32,000 nucleotides of DNA from Zygophlyctis sp. KS116 (Eukaryota > Fungi > Chytridiomycota): NCBI GenBank assembly GCA_054661495.1, contig BAAFSQ010000022.1:42378-74377 (forward strand). The letters run 5' to 3'. The notes beneath the pieces are model-generated. The model did not search any database, was not told the DNA's origin, and saw only the letters and a list, made by a program, of their open reading frames with translations. The position numbers and the translations under genes are program-made. Positions 23,416 to 32,000 of this stretch are shown here, in pieces (position 1 is the stretch's first letter; every line of letters starts with the position of its first letter).

Positions 23416-23628
23416 TTATTGTTGGGTTTGTAATCGATCTAGAACATTTTTTTGAGAGTATTGAGTCATGCTGTAGGCTATAGTAAATTGGTCTTGAATT
23501 GTGCTAGTCTCTGTAGAGGAAGGGATCTGAAAGAGATCTAGAAACTTGGCACAATCATTTGTAATAGATGATCTGACAGGCTTTGGGCAAATGATATCCG
23601 GTGATGAATAAGTTATTGATGAGAACAT
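23416..23628 (-). CDS. small hypothetical protein (70 aa)
   Basis: AAAAA-ATG start context like neighbouring genes, and it fills the gap between Gemin7 and GatB. No recognisable domain. Confidence 0.45.
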   Translation of the reverse strand: MFSSITYSSPDIICPKPVRSSITNDCAKFLDLFQIPSSTETSTIQDQFTIAYSMTQYSQKNVLDRLQTQQ

Positions 23629-23677
23629 TTTTTAAAGATGATATAAACAATGAGGGGAAGGCGCCACACTAAATTCC

Positions 23678-25326
23678 ATGGATTTCAGATCAGCATCACT
23701 AATTCATCGGAATGTGATTCGATCTTCCAAAGGAAATATTTACTGTGCTAATATAGGATTAGAAATTCATTGCCAGTTGAAACTTGGGCATAAACTGTTT
23801 TCTCGTAATATTATTATCTTGCTCATTCATAGCTAGCTCTGCGCTGCCTGGTAAACCCCCAAATACAAATGTTTCCATGTTTGACGCTGCTATGCCTGGA
23901 TCTCTTCCTATTCTTAATTTGGAGGCATTGAAGCTTGCGATAAAAGCAGGATTGGCTTTATCCGCTAATATTCCAAAGTATACTAGCTTTGATCGCAAGC
24001 ATTATTTTTATCCGGATCTTCCGGCAGGATACCAAATTACTCAGTATTATGGTAAATATGAGTTTTTGAACTATTAGAACCAATTGCTAAAGGTGGAAAT
24101 GTTGTTTTGAATCAGATGGATGGGTTTACTGATCCTATCAACGTTGGAATTACTCAAATACAGTTGGAAATGGACTCTGGAAAATCTATAACAGGAACTG
24201 ATTTAATTGACTTGAATAGAGCTGGGGTTGCAGTATTGGAAATTGTCTCTCGTCCTGATTTGACAAGTTTTGAGGAATCAATAGCTTTTACCAAAAAAAT
24301 ACAGAAAATACTAACTTATCAAAAGATAATAGATATGTCGGAATATGATGAGGCTGCAGTACGTTCAGATTTTAATATATCAGTTCGTAGGATGGATCAG
24401 CCTCTTGGTACAAGGACAGAATTGAAGCACATCACAAAAATGAATTCCCTCAAAGATTGTGTGAATTACGAAATCAACCGTCAGATTTCTATTCTAGATC
24501 AGGGATTACCAGTTAAATCAGAGACAAGAGGAATAGATATTAAAAATGGTACCACTTTCACTCTCCGGGATAAAGAATCTGGTAAGGATTACAGGTTTAT
24601 GCCTGAGCCTGATGTTCCTCGTATTCCTTTGGCGAATGTAAGATTCTGTAAATTTTAAATCAAGGAATATATTAATCTTATTCGAAAGGATATATACGAA
24701 TCACTGGAACTGGTTTCGGATAGGTTATTAGGAAAGTATGCGCTGCCATTAAAAACTGCAAAAAGTCTAATGACTGATCCTTTCTCTGTTAAATACTTTG
24801 AAAAGGTAAGCAAAATGATAAATTGATTGACCAATCAGGTGGTAGCCAATCGTCCTCCTGAATTAGTTGCGAATTGGATTATTGGCGAGGTTTACAGCCT
24901 TTTGCGGCTTTATGATTTGTCAATGGAGAATTTCCCTGTGAACCACAGCATATTTGGTGAGCTAATAGACTTGGTTCAAAAGGGATCACTTTCAAGGCTT
25001 CGTGGGAAGAATATTCTAGCAAAGCTCATGTCTGGCTCGAAACAATCTCCATTGGAGATTGCTAGGGAATGTGGATGGCTTCAAATAAATGATGACTCAA
25101 TAACAGAAATGTTTTGTCGAAAGGCATTGCAAGAAAATTTCCAAATTGTATGTTTAATAAATACTAAAGAAAGGTTGATAATTACAACCGCGCAGAAGGA
25201 GAGTTACAAAAAGAAAGATGCATTAAAGCTCTCATTGGAAAAACTATAAGGATTAGTAAAGGAACGTTAGATCCCAAGCTTGTAAAAATGATTTTGCAAA
25301 AACTTTTAAGAATAGATTCACTTTAA
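23678..25326 (+). CDS. GATB: mitochondrial Glu-tRNA(Gln) amidotransferase subunit B (GatB/Pet112)
   Basis: [54 protein letters not shown]...DYRFMPEPD and VANWI. Introns 23805-23832, 24052-24077, 24638-24664, 24806-24838 and 25148-25173. Confidence 0.93.
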
Positions 25327-25359
25327 AAGCAAATATAATAAATGATCAACTTGAAACTT

Positions 25360-26498
25360 TTATGCAGATTGCCGCTCCTTTTTTTCGGCTGCTTTTTCAT
25401 TGCTAAATTGCTTAATGCATTCCTTTGCACTTATCCCATAAGACCTTTCGGACGAATAAATGTAACGAGGAACTAAAGTTTCAATATATAATTTGAATAC
25501 TTACTATGACCACGATAACCAGGGATTGGAAGCGTCTTTGCTAAATCTTTTTCTGGTAATTGTGATGTCAATGCTTGGTTAATCCTTCTAAAGATTAGTT
25601 TCTGTAAATCAATTACCCTTTTTCATCTCTTCGATTGAAATTGTCATATGCAATCTCAGATGTTTTACCAAATGTGGTAGAATCACACGAACGACTTCCA
25701 GGAATGTATCCAGTAAAACCAGGGATCGGTTTAGTTTGAACCTTCTTAAATGTTCGACCCTTATTTACTTTGCTTTCTCCGTATGGATTACGAGCTGGAC
25801 GCGGAGCAGAGAATTCTTCGATTGCTTGACGCACACTGGAAGAGTATGTCTATTTAATAAATACCGACAAGAACTACCTCCCCGAAATGATTTTGAAGTC
25901 TAGGAACATATCCTGTATAACCACTAATAAAAGTTTTCTTGTCCGTTTTCTTGTTCATAGAACTTTCCACACATGCCACAGCTTGAACCTTTGGAACATC
26001 GTTGGTAGCAGATACATTCAATGTCGAATAATCAGAAATTTCCTGTCCTGCTCTTGCCTTGATTGCTTGAATGCGAGGGGGGAGTTGATTTTTTGATTTG
26101 AGCATGGATTGAAAAGAAGCAAGAGATGCATTGGTTGTTTCCACATAAGCACGACCAAAATGCTCTTGCGATCTCGGAATGTATCCAGTATATCCAGGAA
26201 CTGGTGGGAAAGAGAATCGATCATCGCCAGTTGCATATTTGTTGCGTCCTTTCCATACCCAAGCTCGATCATCAGTTATTCCTTCTTCTGATGATTCTGT
26301 TACAGTCATAGAGGCCTTTGCCAATCTTGCTTTTCTTGCCAATTCGGTTTGGATAAATCCCTTTTTTAAAGATGGATCAGTTTTCAGAATTTGCCTTGTA
26401 GCATTCCCATAAGTCAACCCAAACTGATATTTCAATGATGGAACAAAGCCTGCAAACCCAGGTGTAGCAATGCATTTTGAATCTCCTTGTAGTGTCAT
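25360..26498 (-). CDS. FAM166/CIMIP2-like ciliary microtubule inner protein (PGY repeats)
   Basis: Five repeats of the type PG[YF]xG[YFH][IV]P...[FY]G.[TS]Y. Introns 25850-25877, 25588-25616 and 25473-25504. First ATG at 26498. Confidence 0.8.
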
Positions 26499-26607
26499 GT
26501 TTAAATTATAAAACAATGGATTATTGTTGACTGAATGACGTCGACTCGAGAACGCTTCTCGGTACACCGATATAGTTATAAATAGAAGAATATGTATTTT
26601 AAATTAT

Positions 26608-27056
26608 TTACAAGTCCAACCTTCCTCTCATCCATTTCACTCCACACTTTTTATTAGATCTAATCTTTATACCTTGTTGCATAAATTCTGAAATCCAGGC
26701 GGACCATGCCTCCACATTGGAGTCTCTGTGCATTTACAATAAGCACATATCCGATCAGTAAATTCAGAGGATTTAGAAACATGCGAAGTAGAACGCCTCT
26801 TCTTACACGGCTTTGATTGCAGATCTTCTTCATTCATCCATTCATTATTTTTAGAAGATAATGTACATGATCTAACCGGACCTTTTTTCCCCAAGGAGAG
26901 TCCATGAGAATTTAATGAAGTCAAGTTAGATATAGAAAGTAACAAAGTAGCCGCAAAAAATATATCATCATCTTCCACTACCGAATAAGATGGACATTGC
27001 ATTTTATTATCATGTAGATTTTCATTCTTACAGGAACATTCAACGTCTCTAGTCAT
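26608..27056 (-). CDS. small GATA zinc-finger transcription factor (C-X2-C-X18-C-X2-C)
   Basis: CAYCKCTETPMWRHGPPGFQNLCNK|CGVKWMRGRL is completed across intron 26647-26672 (26 nt). The start (first ATG at 27056) is uncertain. Confidence 0.85.
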
Positions 27057-27084
27057 TAGAAACGCGCGTAAAGATTGATCAAAA

Positions 27085-27744
27085 CTAAAACTCCTCAAAC
27101 TCTTTCAAAAGACCACAATCAGTACAAGATTGCTCTTTCCAACCCTCTTTTAAAGATTGCCTTGCATCACTCCAACTATGAATATGATTTTTTGTAGAAT
27201 ATTCTGATCGAAGCATTGTTTTAGATCTTAATTCCCTATTTTTCTTCTTAAAGGCCTTAATTTTAGAAACCTTTTTAACAGACTCTCTCCTTTGAAATTC
27301 CAAATCCAATTTTTCCAATGACCCCCATTTAGAAATTGCAAATTCTTCTACTTGCTCTCTCAAGTAAAGAATCATATTAGAGTAAGTCTTTGAATGAGGA
27401 TTTGGTTTTTCCCAATTCGGAAGCCTTTTCGAGTCTTTTAACTCACCTATTGATTAAAAATCATTATTACTCTCTGTTAGCAAGTAATCGCTTTTAACTT
27501 CTGTTTTTGTCAATAAACAGAATTTTGAGTCTGATGCAATGCATTTCTTACAAATGTTTACCAGGTAGTATTTCCTATAATTTGGATCTATTTCTAAACT
27601 AAAACATAAATGACATCTTGTCTGATTAACTAAATCTATTTCTGGATCCCAGACTATTTCAGGTCTAGACTCTGTCAAAGGATCGGCCAGAAATCCCCCC
27701 TTTGTATCGACTAGATTTGATAGATTATAGTCACAATAAGACAT
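27085..27744 (-). CDS. RAD14: nucleotide excision repair factor XPA/Rad14
   Basis: DTKGGFL, zinc finger CHLC...CKKC, LLTKTEVKSDYLLTE, KPNPH...YSNMILYLREQVEEFA..KWGSLEKLD.E and C-terminal H.H...C..CG. Intron 27447-27470. Confidence 0.92.
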
Positions 27745-27782
27745 TTGCTTTTAAAATATTTACCAGATAATTCCTTTAAAAA

Positions 27783-28923
27783 ATGCTAGTTTGGTCCATT
27801 TTAACTCTTGTATTTCTATCAGGATTATGTGGACAGTCGCAGTCATTTAAATCTAGTCTAGACACTATGCAATTAACATTTTTATCCAATGCTTTACCTG
27901 CTGATTATTCAAGCATTGCTCCGCATGAATTGTCGCTTATTGAGCCTTTACTGATTCCAAGACCTCCAGGCTCTTTAGGAAATCAAAAAGTCTTTAATTT
28001 TATAGTGTCTCACTTTCAAAAGTTGGATTGGAATGTAGGAGTGGACTCTTTTAGCGCTACAACTCCTATCGGTCTCGTTAATTTTTCTAATATAATGGTG
28101 TCTTCAAATCCCTCTGCTAGAAGAAAGTTGGTATTGGCTGCACATTATGATTCAAAGATTATAAAGGGAATAGAATTCATTGGCGCTACTGTAATTTTAT
28201 TTTCTAAAATTAGGACTCTGCAGTGCCTTGTGGGATTTTGATGAATGTTGCTCAAAGGCTTAATCCGTATTTATTACAAGCAAGTAATCAAGATACTAGT
28301 CTGGATATGATTTTCTTTGATGGTAAATCTAGATGAAACAAAATTTAATACTAGGAGAGGAAGCATTTGTAGAATGGACAGGGAATGACTCTATATATGG
28401 ATCTAAGCATTTGGCTGAAAAATGGTCAAAGGAAATGATACAGCATCAGGGGTCTAATAATGGTATGGATGGGCATCAGTCTTCTTTTGAATCTATATTA
28501 TCTACAATTGACTTATTTGTCTTGTTGGATCTATTAGGCACGTCTGATTCTTCAATTCCAAATTATTTTCCAAACGTTCCAATCTCTAATGAAGCTTATT
28601 TAAGATTGGTGGATATTCAGGATAGATTGGCAAAGAATAATTTACTTTCTAGATCTCTTTTAGGAAGAATTCCAAAGGATGGTGGGCTATTTGCAACTGC
28701 ACGCCAAACAGGTTCGCATGTAGAGGATGATCACATTCCTTTTCTCCAAAGAAATGTTCCTGTTTTGCATGTGATTCCGTCTCCTTTTCCTATTGGAATT
28801 TGGCATGAAGCTGCTGATAATAAAGATGCAATTGATCAAGAAATTGTCAAGGATTGGTGTCTGCTTTGGGCAGCATTTGTTGCAGAATATTTAGGGATTG
28901 GTTTTAATACTAATCCAGTGTAA
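27783..28923 (+). CDS. QPCT: glutaminyl-peptide cyclotransferase (M28-fold, secreted)
   Basis: Signal peptide, PRPPGS, LAAHYDSK, FIGAT|DSAVPC, FFDG|EEAF..W..DSIYGSKHLA, LLDLLG, EDDHIPF and WH...D. Introns 28191-28213 and 28323-28354. Confidence 0.92.
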
Positions 28924-29035
28924 ACTTTAAATATATTGGAAAATATGGTTTAAAGCAATTTATATAGACTGAGCACTGTGGAGGGGGTTCACTTATCAAC
29001 CTAGACTTTTTTTTTGATCTTCCGTCGCAAAAATT

Positions 29036-29305
29036 ATGTCTTCAATCTCGCCTGAATGCACTGAACTGAAGAAAAGATATGATAACTGCTTCAACAGCTG
29101 GTACTCAAACAAGTTTTTAAAGGGGATCGTTGATAATGAGTGTCAAGGCATGTTTGAGGAATATTCTGGCTGTGTAAAAGTAATCGATTAGTTGCATTAA
29201 AACTAGAAAGCCTTAAAGGAAAAAAAATTGGATAATTTAATTAAAGAGGCCAGAAAATCTACAGAATCATCAGAGCCAAACAAATTAGGGGAATCTAGGG
29301 AGTAG
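29036..29305 (+). CDS. MDM35: mitochondrial intermembrane space twin CX9C protein Mdm35/TRIAP1; absent from the ORF track
   Basis: MSSISPECTELKKRYDNCFNSWYSNKFLKG...ECQGMFEEYSGCVK|KALKEK. Intron 29180-29206 (27 nt). Confidence 0.92.
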
Positions 29306-30592
29306 AGATGGAGTAGAGTTTGCGAGTGGCGTCGCAATCGACTCGTTTGATTTCATTTGACTATTTAATACCATTTGATGCCACATTTTTTTAACCTTTT
29401 GTGTCTTGTGGTTTGCAATGTCTACTTTTCTTTGCCAATTTTTGGCAGTCTTTGAAAGATCTGATTCTTGAGCCTGATCATATTAGCATAAGCATTATTA
29501 CCCTTAAGATCACGTATTCCATGACGTGAGGCACCTTATATTCTTCCAATTGTGTAATTAATTTAACATGTGCTTTTTGGGCTTTTGAAATTTCCTCCTT
29601 GACAATCTCTGATTGTGATATTAACTTTGAAAGCAAATCCTTCCTTGAATGAATATCCGCTTTTAATTTTTGTGATTGATCAGTAAATGCTAATAATTTT
29701 TTCTAAAATTTTTAAAAACCAAAAAGTTACACGATAGCTATTCAAAGTAAGGATGGTGTTTCCTGCAGATATTTTGAGTTTTATCAATTCTGCATTCCTT
29801 TCTTCAATCTTTGCCAAATATTGCTTATTTTCAATCTGTAATTGATCATAGTCTATAGCATGTAATGCTTCTCCCATTTCCTCTTTTTGTTTGAGTTGCA
29901 ACAAGATTTTATTTTTTTGAACCTTTAATGTAGAGTTTTTGAGCCTAATTTTTTCGATGATACCTTCCTAACATTTACTGTAATCTACTTACCTTGTCTT
30001 TGGCCTTATCTTCATAGTATCGGACGATTTTTTCTGCAATAATCTCATCGGTTCTAGGATTCACTGCTTGCGTAACAATATCCCGTTTAAATTCATATGA
30101 ATCCTTTTTAATTTCTGAAAGTCTTGAGTCTAATTCTTCCACTTGAGCCTACTTGATCAGACTATAAAATCTCAATACCTTGAAATTATCAAAAACTTTG
30201 GCCCATTCATCCCTTTCCTTTGCAAAAACATCCCTCAATTCTTCCATTTCTCTAATTACAATTTCATTTTTTTGCTCAAAACAGAGCTGAAAAGGCCGAT
30301 CAACTTCTTTCTTATCTCCTGCCTTCTTTTTCTTATCTCTACGAGTAAAAGTCTTATCGCCTTCTTTTCCGTCATCTACAATATTTTTCCCAGTCTCTAA
30401 TGCTTCTTCAATATTGATGCTTGGCAGCATCCGGACAAGAAATGTATCATAGATAATATTTTCAACTTCTAAAAAGGAGACTTTGGCTGATAATTCCGAA
30501 TCTAAAGACACCAACTCTTGATCTGTAAATGTATTAAAATCAATATCATCTAGCATTGGTAAATTATATTCCAACTCATTAATATCAGTCAT
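29285..30592 (-). CDS. CCDC113: cilia- and flagella-associated coiled-coil protein CFAP263/CCDC113 (DUF4201)
   Basis: IEKIRLKN, LQLKQKEEMGEALHAIDYDQLQIENKQY...IEERN.EL.KLK, YKVPHVMEYV and WQRKVDIA. Introns 30149-30178, 29968-29992, 29703-29730 and 29474-29501. Confidence 0.85.
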
Positions 30593-30748
30593 TTAATCTG
30601 ATGACGTTCTTTCGGAAATTTGAAATCCCTGATCTGTGCATTTAATATTATATAATATTGGATAGTATCTAATCCAAATGTCTGAAAAATCATGTCTGTA
30701 TAAAGCCTAAATTAAACGAAACCCAAGAGATAAATTCTACTAAAATTA

Positions 30749-31411
30749 ATGTTTTCCTCTAATCAGTTAACTTTACTAAAGTCTTGTTTGCCATTTATAC
30801 CAAAGCATGGGTTTACAAATGATTGCTTGATACAAGGATGCAAATCTCTTGGACTCTCTTCATCGTCTGTCGGAATACTCTCGGGACCGCTGGACTTGGC
30901 CGTCTACTTTTATAAATCCTGCAATCATGAATTATCTAATCATTTAAAACAAGAATCAGATTTAAGAGTCACTGCAAAGATTAAATTTGCTATTTTAAAG
31001 AGATTGGACTTGATTGATCCTGTTATTACCAATTATCATCAGGTATTAGTATTTTAGATTAATTTTAGGCACATAATCTCTTGATAAAAAATCCTTCTGT
31101 TTCTTTACCTCATCTTTTAGAATTAGTAGATGAAATTTGGGCGCAATGTGGCGACAAGTCTTTAGATTTTAACTGGTATAGTAAGCGATTAATATTATCA
31201 GGTACTTTCAATTTCTTTTACTCTAGGAATATATACAACAACAGAAATGTTTTATATAAATGATCAGTCTGAAAACAGACTCAAAACTAGAGAATTTTTA
31301 GATCAAAGATTAAATGATTCTTTTGAATTCTCAAAAATAGTGTCTAATGTTGGAAATTTATCTAGATTATACGCAAGCACGATTAGATTTTCTGGATATA
31401 AAAGAAACTAG
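30749..31411 (+). CDS. COQ9: ubiquinone biosynthesis protein Coq9
   Basis: FIPKHGFT, KRL, LLELVDEIWAQCGDKSLDFNWYSKRLILSG|IYTTTEMF..NDQS...TREFLDQRL. Introns 31043-31068 and 31202-31226. Confidence 0.9.
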
Positions 31412-31519
31412 AATATTATATTTATTTTAATGCATTAAATCTATGATTAGCCCATTTATTAGAGTCAAATTGGGTCAAAACTGACGAGATTTTATTCAAA
31501 TTTTGCTCAAAAACATTTC

Positions 31520-32000
31520 ATGCAGCGAAATATAAAGTTGAAAGCTGCAAAAAGGAAGCTTCAAAATATAAAAAATGCCATGAAAAGTCCTTCTGTAATA
31601 TCAGTGTATGTCTAGATTGCTAATGCTAGTGCCGGCTCAACTTTTATGGATACAGAAAAAACTCAATTAATGCATGCCGAAAGTGATAAAAGTATTCATT
31701 CTATTCCAATTCAAACTATTTCAATGAGTTCTCAGACAAACGAAGAATGGATGCGCGAAAGTAAGTCTCTAGAGGCACAAAATGATCAATTTAAGCTGGA
31801 ATTAGATAATTTCAAATGTAAACTAGTTTATTATCAAACAATTAGGTAAAGCAGAGTCTCTCAAAGTACAAAACCAGGCTCTTTTACTGGAAATAGAATC
31901 AATGCGTGAATATCAGTCACGAATGGATGACTTTGAAAATATGTATAAGCAGGCTCAAGAGGAAATTTCTCATCTTAACCAAGTTAACGAGCAGCTTGTT
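31520..32000 (+). CDS. coiled-coil protein, possibly a GM130/golgin-like protein; 5' part only
   Basis: ATG 31520. N-terminal KLKAAKRKLQ resembles the GM130 motif KLAAAKKKL. Introns 31606-31629 and 31818-31845 keep a coiled-coil frame open to the window end. Confidence 0.5.

Noticed and set aside
25887-26412. Several plus-strand and alternative-frame ORFs (also 1908-2177, 11266-11550, 12761-13185, 17881-18075, 23759-23998, 30143-30400)
   Set aside because: They are shadow ORFs of well-supported genes and have no recognisable motifs.
26568-26635. Putative first exon and GT-CG intron for the FAM166-like gene
   Set aside because: 26608-26646 is the last exon of the GATA gene (CGVKWMRGRLDL). 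The FAM166-like gene has its own ATG at 26498.
30598-30685. C/D snoRNA-like box arrangement (CTGATGA...CTGA...CTGA) between CCDC113 and COQ9
   Set aside because: The C box is imperfect, there is no terminal stem, and no convincing antisense element lies directly before either D box. The region is better explained as a promoter. snoscan or small-RNA-seq would settle it.

Overview
Eukaryotic, AT-rich and extremely gene-dense window. It most likely comes from a zoosporic (flagellated) fungus such as a chytrid: fungal-type Cbk1, DUF1752, GATA and Mek1-like genes sit beside cilium genes (DNAAF6/PIH1D3, CFAP263/CCDC113, FAM166-like, WDR97/87-like). Manual splicing resolves about 27 protein-coding genes in 32 kb in the standard genetic code. 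The ORF track is fragmented because genes are interrupted by roughly 70-75 GT-AG introns, almost all 23-33 nt long. Intergenic spacers are often 1-50 bp. They include an ATGA stop/start overlap, divergent start codons 11 bp apart and two convergent coding overlaps. The most notable signals are (1) a length-ruled mini-intron splicing system, (2) a single 124-nt structured intron in a Mek1-like kinase whose hairpin hides the likely branch point and resembles an H/ACA hairpin, (3) operon-like gene packing, (4) recurrent start-proximal motifs (TCGGAAAT, TGACGT) and (5) a possible GT-TG intron in a Gemin7-like gene missed by the ORF track. No rRNA, tRNA, CRISPR array or mobile element was recognised. 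All family assignments come from motif recognition by eye, not from database searches.
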